A stretch of 22,061 nucleotides of DNA from Armatimonadota bacterium (GTDB taxonomy: Bacteria; Armatimonadota; UBA5829; DTLH01): contig JBDKUN010000018.1 in assembly GCA_039679675.1 (NCBI GenBank), positions 1-22,061 on the forward strand, given 5' to 3'. Below the pieces are notes generated by a model that was given only the letters and a program-made list of their open reading frames with translations, was not told the DNA's origin and searched no databases. The number at the start of each line of letters is the position of its first letter. Position 1 is the first letter of the stretch. Made by a program: the position numbers and the translations under genes. Shown in pieces: positions 8,770-17,697 of the stretch.

Positions 8770-9923
8770 AGATTCTGCAAATAGATGGCACACCGGCTTT
8801 TGGAGGACAGGCAAGGTATGTATACGATCTGGCAGTCGGCATGAGAAAAAGAGGTCATGAGGTTGCCGTATCCTGCAATCATGAGAAGCTTTATAGGAGC
8901 CTCACAGCGGCAGAAATACCTATCATACGCGCGGAATACCATCGATACCCGGATGTACCGGCAATCATCAACCTTGCAAAGGCTATAAAGCAGAATGGGT
9001 TCGATGTTGTGCATACCAACGGAGTGCGCGCCGGTATCACAGGGCGGATTGCAGCAAAGTTTGCAGGCTGCAAAAAGATCGTCCACACGGTCCACTCCAT
9101 GCCCACCGACCTCATACACAGATATAGCGCAGTTCGAAAACCCATTGAGTATGTATGTAAATGGTCTGACAGGCAGCTTGCTGATTGGACGGACACAATT
9201 ATCGCGGTATCAAGCGACCTCAGACGGATGACCATAGACGAAGGAGTCCCCGATTACCGCGTAACCACCATACACAGCGGAGTCGATCTTACCAAATATG
9301 AAAAACCCGTTGGCAAGAGCCACGCCCGAAACAGGCTCATGGTCCCGACCGGCTGCCGCATCGTAGGAACAGTCGCGCGGTTCACGAAGCAGAAGAACCT
9401 GGGTGATCTGGTCAGGGCAGCGGCAATTTTGCATAAACAGCTCGATGACATAGTTTTCGTGCTGGTCGGGGATGGAGAAGAACTGCCTGAGGTAAAGCGA
9501 CTCGCACAGGATTTGGGAATAGCTCACAAGGTTATCTTCACCGGATTCAGAAGCGATATACCCGAAATTCTCCCGGCGTTCGATGTATTCGCAATGTCAT
9601 CGCTCTGTGAAGGACACCCGCTTGCAATGCTTGAAGCTATGGCCGCGGGACTGCCAGTAGTCGCTCCTGATGTGGCGGGAATCAGAGAGACGATGATAGA
9701 TGGTTTCACCGGCTGTATTGTTCCTGTCCGCGATCCTGCTGCCATCGCTTCGTCGGTCTTCAATATCTTCAAGGGAAAACGCGCTGAAGCGATGGGCAAA
9801 GCAGGCATGGAACGTGTTACAGCGCTCTTCGGGTTGGACAGGATGATAGAACAGGTAGAAAAAGTATACCTGAGACAGCAGGAATACAAGCCGTCTGCAG
9901 TTGCCGCAGGAGTCTTGAGGTAA
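8766..9923 (+). CDS. GT4 glycosyltransferase
   Basis: FGGQARYV, DVVHTN, VGTVARFTKQKN, DVFAMSSLCEGHPLAMLEAMAAGLPVV (E-x7-E); ATGA overlap with the flippase stop. Confidence 0.93.
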   Translation: MKILQIDGTPAFGGQARYVYDLAVGMRKRGHEVAVSCNHEKLYRSLTAAEIPIIRAEYHRYPDVPAIINLAKAIKQNGFDVVHTNGVRAGITGRIAAKFAGCKKIVHTVHSMPTDLIHRYSAVRKPIEYVCKWSDRQLADWTDTIIAVSSDLRRMTIDEGVPDYRVTTIHSGVDLTKYEKPVGKSHARNRLMVPTGCRIVGTVARFTKQKNLGDLVRAAAILHKQLDDIVFVLVGDGEELPEVKRLAQDLGIAHKVIFTGFRSDIPEILPAFDVFAMSSLCEGHPLAMLEAMAAGLPVVAPDVAGIRETMIDGFTGCIVPVRDPAAIASSVFNIFKGKRAEAMGKAGMERVTALFGLDRMIEQVEKVYLRQQEYKPSAVAAGVLR

Positions 9924-9990
9924 CTGCTTTCGAGAAATACAGACAAATTGCAGAAAGGAGCGGCCAGGGCTGGTCCTGGATCAATTCAAT

Positions 9991-10968
9991 ATGAGTGTTA
10001 TGAAGGGCGAGCAGATTGAGGGCAGGCTCGATGTGTCCGTTGTAATACCTTCGTACAACTCACTGGATACAATTGAGGACTGTCTTAATTCGATATCGGC
10101 ACAAGTGACTGATCGGAAATTTGAGATTATAGTCATCGACAGTTCCAACGATGGCACTCATGAGATTGTTGAAAAGTTCGATAAGGTAAAACTTATTCAA
10201 ATAGCACAGAGAACGATATCCAGCGCAGCGCGCAATATTGGAGTATCCGAAGCAAAGGGCGACATCATCTGTTTCATCGATTCCGACTGCAATGCAGACC
10301 CTGATTGGATCGAAAATATGTGTTCGGCACTTGAAGACGGTGACTGGGGGGCAGTCGGAGGCGCGGTGGATAACGCCTGCAGAGAAAGTACCGTAAGCTG
10401 GGCAAGTTATATGACCGAGTTCAGTGAGTTCATACCAGCCGGACAGACTCGTGTGCTCGAACGGTGCACTTCATGTAATCTCGCGCTGTGGAAGGCTACC
10501 TACATCAAACACGGAGGGTTTGATGAGAAGCTGGAACGCTACAATGACACTGAGTTCTGTCAACGGCTTACGATCAGAGGAGAGCGGCTGCTTTTCAGGC
10601 CTGATATCAGGGTGCGCCACAGGTTGAGAACAACACTTGACAGCTATACGAGACATGAGTTCAAGAGGGGGCGTGAAGCCGTGGCGCTTCGCCGTGCAGG
10701 ACTTCTTCCGGGCCAATCGATCGTTAGATTCTCGATAGCCGGAGCTGCGGCAGCACCAGCTGTTCTCTTCTTTCAGATGTCCGTGCGGCTTAAGAGGCTT
10801 TGGGGGAAACGCATTATACCGGCTGGAAAAATTGCACTCACCCTACCCTGCTTTGTGATCGGCTCCTACTGCTGGGCAGCAGGATTTATCGCTGAATCCA
10901 TCACCCCAACAATTGATATAACAACGATGACTATGAGGAGGCAACTCGCGGCCCGCGACGAGATGTGA
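9991..10968 (+). CDS. GT2 glycosyltransferase
   Basis: VSVVIPSYN, IIVIDSSNDGT, AARNIGV, FIDSDC (DxD), GGFDEKL; hydrophobic C-terminus. Confidence 0.9.
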   Translation: MSVMKGEQIEGRLDVSVVIPSYNSLDTIEDCLNSISAQVTDRKFEIIVIDSSNDGTHEIVEKFDKVKLIQIAQRTISSAARNIGVSEAKGDIICFIDSDCNADPDWIENMCSALEDGDWGAVGGAVDNACRESTVSWASYMTEFSEFIPAGQTRVLERCTSCNLALWKATYIKHGGFDEKLERYNDTEFCQRLTIRGERLLFRPDIRVRHRLRTTLDSYTRHEFKRGREAVALRRAGLLPGQSIVRFSIAGAAAAPAVLFFQMSVRLKRLWGKRIIPAGKIALTLPCFVIGSYCWAAGFIAESITPTIDITTMTMRRQLAARDEM

Positions 10969-12464
10969 ATCATTCTATGAGAAAAACTCTTGGCAGAAGC
11001 GTAATTACCGGAGTCGGCTGGACGTTTACAGGTGCGATTACAGTCAGGATAATGCAGTTCCTGGTGACAATCGTCCTTGCGCGGCTGCTGGCTCCATCCG
11101 TATTCGGACTGTTCGCACTTGGGACAATGATCGTAACCGCCCTGACACTCTTCCGCGATCTTGGATTCGGCCAGGCGCTTATCTATCATAAGACCGATGT
11201 GCAGAAAAACGCCGAAACAACATTCCTGATGAGTGCAATATTCGGCTTCAGCGCTTGGGCTGTGATTTATGCAGCTAGCCCGATTATCTCAATGGTGTTC
11301 GGCGGACCGGCGTTCATCTGGCCGCTTAGGATAATGAGCTTTTCGGTCGTTTTATCCTCGCTTGCGACAGTCCCTTCGACTCTTCTGGAGAAAGACCTTG
11401 AGTTCAAAAGGCGGGCGCTGCCGGAGCTTGCGATGGGACTTTCCTATGCAGCCGTTTCGATCACGCTCGCTTACAGAGGGCTTGGGGTATGGAGCCTGGT
11501 AATCGGCCATCTGTCAAGCGTTGCAATATCCGCCATTGTCACCTGGATGGTCGCAGGCTGGAAGCCGGCCGCATCTTTTCATAAAGAAAGCGCCAAGCGC
11601 ACACTCAGTTTCGGAAAACCTTTGATGGCGGCCACATTCCTGTTCCTTGCCTTTTTCTATATCGACAACGCAGCTATCGGGAGGTGGCTGGGTGTGACCA
11701 TACTCGGCTACTACAGCCTTGCATATACCATCTGCAACCTTCCCGCGACGAACATCACACACATCGTCAACAAAGTGATGTTTCCTACTTATTCGAAACT
11801 GAATAATGATATACCGGCCTTGAGACGAGCATACACTCGGACTGTCAAGAGCATTTCGATGCTCTCTTTTCCGGTAGCGATATGGCTGGCACTTGCGGCA
11901 AGCGACTTCGTATTAGGGTTTTTCGGGAGTAAATGGGCTCCTGCTATACCGATGTTCAGAATACTCGCGTTTTACGGGATGTTCCGGTCTATCGGCGCGA
12001 CGGCAGGGATCGTGTTCATGGCGCTGGGCGAGCCCAAGTGGGTGTACCGGCTGAATTTTCTGCAGCTTGGCATCGCGGCACCGCTTGTCTATCCGGTCGC
12101 AATAAAGTTCGGCGCGGTCGGAGTTGCGGTCCTTTTTACCTGTGCCTACATTATCGGCACAAGCATGGCGCTTTGGAAAGTCGTCAAAATGCTGGATATG
12201 ACGGTGGGAGGATATGTAGAGATGTTCAAACATCCGCTTATAGGCTCATTGTGCGCTGTCGGCGTCTCATTTGCCATTACAGCGCTCATTCTTCCAGACG
12301 GGCTTGCTACAGCGCTCGGATCGGCTATATTAACGCTTATCACATATCCACTCATAGCAGTTTCGCTTGATAGAGAATCGTATCGTTCCGCCAAATCGAT
12401 GCTCAATCCTTCTGCCGGGCATGTTTACGCCTCAGCAGTTCCGGGTAAAGGTTCTGAAGAATAA
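10965..12464 (+). CDS. Second flippase (WzxC/TuaB-like polysaccharide biosynthesis protein)
   Basis: LARLLAPSVFGL, DLGFGQALI, GLGVWSLV, LGYYSLAY, VNKVMFPTYSKL; GTG start overlapping the upstream TGA. Confidence 0.9.
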   Translation: MNHSMRKTLGRSVITGVGWTFTGAITVRIMQFLVTIVLARLLAPSVFGLFALGTMIVTALTLFRDLGFGQALIYHKTDVQKNAETTFLMSAIFGFSAWAVIYAASPIISMVFGGPAFIWPLRIMSFSVVLSSLATVPSTLLEKDLEFKRRALPELAMGLSYAAVSITLAYRGLGVWSLVIGHLSSVAISAIVTWMVAGWKPAASFHKESAKRTLSFGKPLMAATFLFLAFFYIDNAAIGRWLGVTILGYYSLAYTICNLPATNITHIVNKVMFPTYSKLNNDIPALRRAYTRTVKSISMLSFPVAIWLALAASDFVLGFFGSKWAPAIPMFRILAFYGMFRSIGATAGIVFMALGEPKWVYRLNFLQLGIAAPLVYPVAIKFGAVGVAVLFTCAYIIGTSMALWKVVKMLDMTVGGYVEMFKHPLIGSLCAVGVSFAITALILPDGLATALGSAILTLITYPLIAVSLDRESYRSAKSMLNPSAGHVYASAVPGKGSEE

Positions 12465-12486
12465 ACGGAGGCTAACTGGTGCTGGT

Positions 12487-13653
12487 ATGACCCCTAAAGT
12501 GCTGATAACCGACCTACTTCCCAAGGCAATGAACTTCAAGCTGGCTCGACTGGGTATGGCGTCTCCGGGCCGCCCAATTAACATTACCCTATCTGTCACT
12601 AATATGTGCCAGTCCAGATGCAAGACCTGCAACATATGGGACATGTACCGAGGCGAATGTGCTGCAAATTTGAAAGACGAAATGACACTTGGAGATTTCG
12701 AGAAGCTTTTCAAGAGTCTGGGACACGTCTATTTTGTCAATATGAGCGGCGGCGAACCCTTCCTCAGAAAAGACTTCCCCCAAATAGTAGAGCTTGCTAA
12801 CGAACTGCTCACACCGGGAGTTATCCATACTCCGACGAACGCGATCCTGACAAACAGAATAGTCACGATGACGGAAGACATCCTGAAACGGCTGAACGCA
12901 AGCGGAAGGCAGGTCATGTTTACCGTCAAACCTTCATTCGATGGCGTTGGAAACGCACATGATGAGATTCGAGGTGTTCCCGGCAACTTCGAGAAGCTGT
13001 TGGAGACCATAAAACAGCTAAAAAAGCTGAAAGAACGTTACTCGAACCTGGAAGTCGGCGCTGGAACGGTCATATCCAACTATAACGTGCACAATATCCG
13101 TGAAGTGGCCCGTTTTGTTCACCTTCTGGGGCTGGACAGCTACATAAGCGAGATCGCCGAGCAGAGAAGCGAGATGTTCAACGAGGAAGACCCGATCACC
13201 CCGTCTGCGGATGACTATGAACAGGCAATTCGTGCTTTCTCCGAGGAAAGCCGCAGGCACTTGAAAGAAGCCGGAAAGCTCGGAAAGCAGATAAGCGCAT
13301 CGAGGCTCGTTTATTATAATCTCGTCGTACGCATCCTGCACGAGAAAAGACAGGTGCTGCCTTGCTACGGCGGAATATCGAATGTTCACATCAGCCCTTA
13401 CGGAGACGTATGGCCATGCTGCGTGCTGGGGTATGACAAGTCGATGGGACGCCTTTCGGATTATGATTACGATTTCTGGAAGATCTGGCACTCGCCGCGC
13501 GCAGATGAGATCCGGCAATACATAAAAGAAGGCAGATGTTGGTGTCCTCTTGCCAACCAGGCTTACTCCAATATGCTGCTTAATACCGCGACTGCCGCAA
13601 AAGCCGGCGCAATTATGCTCGGCCTGCTGAGGCCGGCACATAAATCATTGTAA
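12487..13653 (+). CDS. Radical SAM protein with SPASM/twitch-type C-terminal domain
   Basis: CQSRCKTC (CxxxCxxC), SGGEPFLR, C-terminal LPCYGG..HISPYGDVWPCC...CWC. Start placed at ATG 12487 after GGAGG, because the 12367 start overlaps the flippase. Confidence 0.92.
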   Translation: MTPKVLITDLLPKAMNFKLARLGMASPGRPINITLSVTNMCQSRCKTCNIWDMYRGECAANLKDEMTLGDFEKLFKSLGHVYFVNMSGGEPFLRKDFPQIVELANELLTPGVIHTPTNAILTNRIVTMTEDILKRLNASGRQVMFTVKPSFDGVGNAHDEIRGVPGNFEKLLETIKQLKKLKERYSNLEVGAGTVISNYNVHNIREVARFVHLLGLDSYISEIAEQRSEMFNEEDPITPSADDYEQAIRAFSEESRRHLKEAGKLGKQISASRLVYYNLVVRILHEKRQVLPCYGGISNVHISPYGDVWPCCVLGYDKSMGRLSDYDYDFWKIWHSPRADEIRQYIKEGRCWCPLANQAYSNMLLNTATAAKAGAIMLGLLRPAHKSL

Positions 13654-13679
13654 CCTCTTAGTGGAGGCCGTGCATTAAG

Positions 13680-16052
13680 ATGAAAAAACAAGCTGCTTTT
13701 GGTCCATTCATAGCTGTGCTGCTCGCCATTTTGACTCTGCTGATTTTCCACAATGTCATTTTCAGACCGGGCACTATTTTCGGAAAGGATATTGTTGCGC
13801 AGGGCTACCCGTTCAGTTGGTACTTCAGCCATGCCATACAAAGCGGAACGAGACCTGACTGGTTTCCATATATGATGAGCGGCTTTCCGTCCATATCCGC
13901 CGTGCCTCTTTACCCCCTGGACTGGCTGTGCCTGACAATGCCGCTTCCAAGGGAGATGACGTGGCGGTATATCATCCATATATTCGGAGCCGCAGTCTTT
14001 ATGTACCTGCTCATGCGGAGGTTCGGCCGCAGCAATACGGGCTCCATCATCGGAGGGATGGCCTTCGGGTTTTCCGCATTCTTTATCTCGAAGATATACG
14101 CGGGGCATGGCGGCGCAATATGGTCTGGCGTATGGATGCCTCTTACATTCCTATTTCTCGATAAGGCAATCGAGACGAGGCAGTTCCGTTATGCTGCCCT
14201 TACGGGGGTAATTCTGGGGTTTCAATTGCTGGGGCTGCACCCTCAGTATGTCTACTACACCGGGCTTGCCATGGTCCTCTTTTTCATCTGGCGCGTTCTG
14301 CCGGTGTTTGCAAAAGAACGGAAGATCAGCCTGGTCCCGGTTTACGCTGGCCTGACTGTAATAGCCCTTCTTTTCACGTTTCTTATATCTTCTCCGTACA
14401 TCCTGCAGTTCATAGAATTAGCGCCGCTTTCCAACCGAGGAGGAGGCACGGACTACACTTTCGCATCCTCATTATCGTTCGCTCCCGCACAGTTTATCAC
14501 TGCTATAGTGCCTTCCTTCTGGGGCAGCCCGGCACGGCAGAATTCCGCTTTCGGCGCGCTCTACTGGGACGGAGCGCTGTTCATCGGAGTTTTGCCGTTT
14601 ATCCTCGCAATCATCGCATTTTTCGGCATGCGTGACTCCCGCGCGGGGTATTTCAAAGCGCTTGCCGTTCTATCTCTCTTGATCGCGCTCGGCGATTATA
14701 CTCCATTTTTCAAATTGATATATAGAATTCCCGGTTTCAACATGATCCGGGCTCCGAGCAAGATACTCTACCTCTATACATTCGCAATGGCAGGGCTTGC
14801 GGCTTATGGGACGGATATAGTGATCTCGTCATCACGGAGATTAAGAACTCCGCGTCTTGCCTCCATAGAGCCGGAAACCCAAAACGCGTATGACAAAGCC
14901 GCAATGGCCGGAAAAATCATGACTTTCTCGTTCCTTGCCGTAATTATCTCACTCGTAGTCTGGTGGGCAGCGAAAGGCGTGATATTTTCGTATGCCGAAC
15001 GTATTATCGGCTCCACCCGGAGCAATCCTGCGGCCGTAATAGGCAAACTGGCAGGGCTTTATGCAATGCAGTTGTCGGGACTAGCCTGGGCTGCGGCGCT
15101 TATTGCACTTGGAACCTTAATGGTTACCGCTCTTACGCAAAAATGGATCAGTGTTAAGTCCACCGCTGCTGCACTGATCGCGTTATCGTTTATCGACCTG
15201 TGGTTTTATGCTAACCCGCTGCTTTTCACCACAAACGCGCGGAAATTCTATACTTCAGGGGACAGAATGGCGATAAAAATCATCAAGGCTGACAGTGACC
15301 GGTTCCGTATACTTCCGATGGACACGGATTCCTTCCAATACGCCCAGGGAGTTTTTGACGGGCTGGAGAGCATCAACGGTTATTATCCCACTTCGATAGG
15401 CCGCTACGCAGCCTACGCAGGAGCTATCCAGGGCACGCCTCCTTATGTCGGAGTAAGCGCTGATATTACCCGGTATGATTCCCCTTTGGTCGGCCTGCTC
15501 AACGTGAAGTATGTGCTCTCGAAAAAACGTCTGACAGGCAGCAACCTTATAGAAATCCACTCAGGAAGGTCTTTTGTCTACTACAACAGAGACTGGCTTC
15601 CACGAGTTTTCACCGTTCACAGCGCGAGATTTGCAGTAAGCCCTGATGCAGCGCTTAGGGAGATAAAAAAGCCTGATTTCAACCCAAAGAAGACAATAAT
15701 ACTGGAAGACAAGAGCGCGGTCCGCCAATTACCGGGCAATCCGGCAAAAGACCGGGCCGTAATTACATCCTGCTCAGATACCATGCTCAACGTCAAGGCT
15801 GATATGGCATCGAACGGCTACCTGTTCTTCAGTGAGGTATATTATCCGCGGTGGAAGGCATGGGTAGACGGAAAACAGGTGAAAGTCCTGCGGGCAGACT
15901 ACCTTTTCCGGGCAGTCTATCTCCCCAAAGGCAAGCATGATGTGAGAATGGAGTACGTAAACACACCATACCGGAACGGGATGGTCATGTATTTCTCATC
16001 GCTCGCATTCATAGTCGGAATGCTGGTAGTGGGACGCAAACGACGGGATTGA
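13680..16052 (+). CDS. YfhO-family membrane protein (GT-C fold glycosyltransferase)
   Basis: Many TMs; W.PY..SG.P loop, HPQY, LLNVKYVLS, LPRVF, FSEVYYPRWKAWVDG, LFRAVYLPKGKHDV, final TM; GGAGG RBS. Confidence 0.88.
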   Translation: MKKQAAFGPFIAVLLAILTLLIFHNVIFRPGTIFGKDIVAQGYPFSWYFSHAIQSGTRPDWFPYMMSGFPSISAVPLYPLDWLCLTMPLPREMTWRYIIHIFGAAVFMYLLMRRFGRSNTGSIIGGMAFGFSAFFISKIYAGHGGAIWSGVWMPLTFLFLDKAIETRQFRYAALTGVILGFQLLGLHPQYVYYTGLAMVLFFIWRVLPVFAKERKISLVPVYAGLTVIALLFTFLISSPYILQFIELAPLSNRGGGTDYTFASSLSFAPAQFITAIVPSFWGSPARQNSAFGALYWDGALFIGVLPFILAIIAFFGMRDSRAGYFKALAVLSLLIALGDYTPFFKLIYRIPGFNMIRAPSKILYLYTFAMAGLAAYGTDIVISSSRRLRTPRLASIEPETQNAYDKAAMAGKIMTFSFLAVIISLVVWWAAKGVIFSYAERIIGSTRSNPAAVIGKLAGLYAMQLSGLAWAAALIALGTLMVTALTQKWISVKSTAAALIALSFIDLWFYANPLLFTTNARKFYTSGDRMAIKIIKADSDRFRILPMDTDSFQYAQGVFDGLESINGYYPTSIGRYAAYAGAIQGTPPYVGVSADITRYDSPLVGLLNVKYVLSKKRLTGSNLIEIHSGRSFVYYNRDWLPRVFTVHSARFAVSPDAALREIKKPDFNPKKTIILEDKSAVRQLPGNPAKDRAVITSCSDTMLNVKADMASNGYLFFSEVYYPRWKAWVDGKQVKVLRADYLFRAVYLPKGKHDVRMEYVNTPYRNGMVMYFSSLAFIVGMLVVGRKRRD

Positions 16053-16075
16053 GATAGCTCTCAGTTTTTAGCTGA

Positions 16076-17611
16076 TTATCCCCAAAACTTCCGGTCGAGG
16101 CTCCTGTACTGGATGGCTTCTGCTATGTGGGCAGTCTGGATGTCATTCTCGTCTGCAAGATCAGCGATGGTCCGCGCGAGCTTCAGTATTCGGTCGTAAG
16201 CCCTTGCAGAAAGGTTCAACTGAGCTATTGCTGCCCTCAGCAGGTTCTTTACATCATCCGAAACATGGCAAAACTGCCTGATCTGCCGGGAAGTCATATG
16301 GGCGTTGCAATAAATCCCTGTCCCGTCGAACCGGTTCACCTGCTGTTCCCTTGCCTTACTTACCCTTGCTCTGATACAAGCCGATGTCTCTCCTGTCCCA
16401 TGCCCTATCAGTTCATCCTGCCGCAGCCTGGGGACTTCTATATGAATATCGATCCGGTCGAGGAGCGGCCCGGATATTCTCTGCAGGTAGCGCTGGATAA
16501 CATGCGGAGTGCATGTGCAGGGTTTCACGTGATCCCCGAAGAACCCGCAGGGGCATGGGTTCATAGCAGCAACCATCATGAACCGTGCAGGGTATGTGAG
16601 CGATGCCTGTGCCCTGGCTATCGTGACCTGCCCGTCTTCTATCGGCTGCCTCAGCACTTCGAGCACATCTCTCCTGAACTCCGGCAGTTCATCCAGGAAC
16701 AGCACTCCATGATGGGCAAGGCTGACCTCTCCGGGCCTTGGATATGTGCCTCCGCCGGTCAGACCGGCGTTCGAAATCGTATGATGCGGCGCTCGAAAGG
16801 CGCGCTTTGTGACAAGTGCTTCATTTGAGCCAAGAAGCCCGCAAACGCTGTACAGTTTCGTCGTATCGAGCGCTTCATTCAGTGAAAGCGGCGGAAGAAT
16901 AGTCGGAATACGCCTCGCAAGCATCGTTTTTCCGCTTCCGGGCGGGCCGATCATCACGATATTGTGACCTCCGGCTGCGGCGACCTCTAATGCGCGCTTC
17001 ACATGCGTCTGCCCTTTTACGTCAGAGAAATCCACATCATAAGTCGGGTCTTCAAGTGCCGCGAAATCGGATGAGTCGATGATAGCGGGAAGCATTGTCT
17101 GGTTATCGTTAAAAAACTGCACAACCTCGGTAAGCGTCGTAACAGGATAAACTTCGACCTCACCGACTATGGCTGCTTCCTTTACATTATGCGCGGGAAC
17201 TATCATCCGTTTGAGCTTCAGTTCCCTCGCTTTAAGCGCAATCGGGAGCACGCCGCTCACCGGGCGTACTCCGCCGTCAAGCGAAAGCTCCCCGACGACT
17301 ATCGTATCCTTAAGCGCTTCCGGGTCTACCTGTGATGTTGCGGCGAGGATTCCTAACGCTATCGGTAGATCAAATGAAGGGCCTTCCTTGCGGACATCAG
17401 CGGGGGCAAGGTTGATGGTGATCCGCTTCATCGGAAACTCCAGGCCTGAGTTCTTGATGGCCGAGCGAACACGTTCTCTGGACTCCTGAACTGCCGCATC
17501 CGGCAAGCCCACAATATCAAAGCGGGGTATGCCTCCCGATATATCAACCTCCACTTCAACGATGTACGCATCAATTCCTAAAACAGCACTGGAGTTGACT
17601 TGAGAGAGCAT
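16076..17611 (-). CDS. comM: ComM/YifB Mg-chelatase-like AAA+ ATPase
   Basis: [102 protein letters not shown]. Confidence 0.96.
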   Translation of the reverse strand: MLSQVNSSAVLGIDAYIVEVEVDISGGIPRFDIVGLPDAAVQESRERVRSAIKNSGLEFPMKRITINLAPADVRKEGPSFDLPIALGILAATSQVDPEALKDTIVVGELSLDGGVRPVSGVLPIALKARELKLKRMIVPAHNVKEAAIVGEVEVYPVTTLTEVVQFFNDNQTMLPAIIDSSDFAALEDPTYDVDFSDVKGQTHVKRALEVAAAGGHNIVMIGPPGSGKTMLARRIPTILPPLSLNEALDTTKLYSVCGLLGSNEALVTKRAFRAPHHTISNAGLTGGGTYPRPGEVSLAHHGVLFLDELPEFRRDVLEVLRQPIEDGQVTIARAQASLTYPARFMMVAAMNPCPCGFFGDHVKPCTCTPHVIQRYLQRISGPLLDRIDIHIEVPRLRQDELIGHGTGETSACIRARVSKAREQQVNRFDGTGIYCNAHMTSRQIRQFCHVSDDVKNLLRAAIAQLNLSARAYDRILKLARTIADLADENDIQTAHIAEAIQYRSLDRKFWG

Positions 17612-17652
17612 AAAGAGAGCCTCCGTAGAGGAATATGATTTACTACATTCTC

Positions 17653-17682
17653 ATTATAGAAATCAGGCAGGCAGAGTGTCAA
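17653..17682 (-). promoter_or_regulatory. sigma70-type promoter for comM
   Basis: Minus strand TTGACA-N18-TATAAT (both boxes are perfect consensus); GGAGG RBS at 17620-17624. Confidence 0.75.
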
Positions 17683-17697
17683 TAGCTCAAGCGTTTT

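Noticed and set aside
16076..17611. comM as a disrupted integration hotspot
   Set aside because: The ORF is full length (511 aa) with all motifs present.
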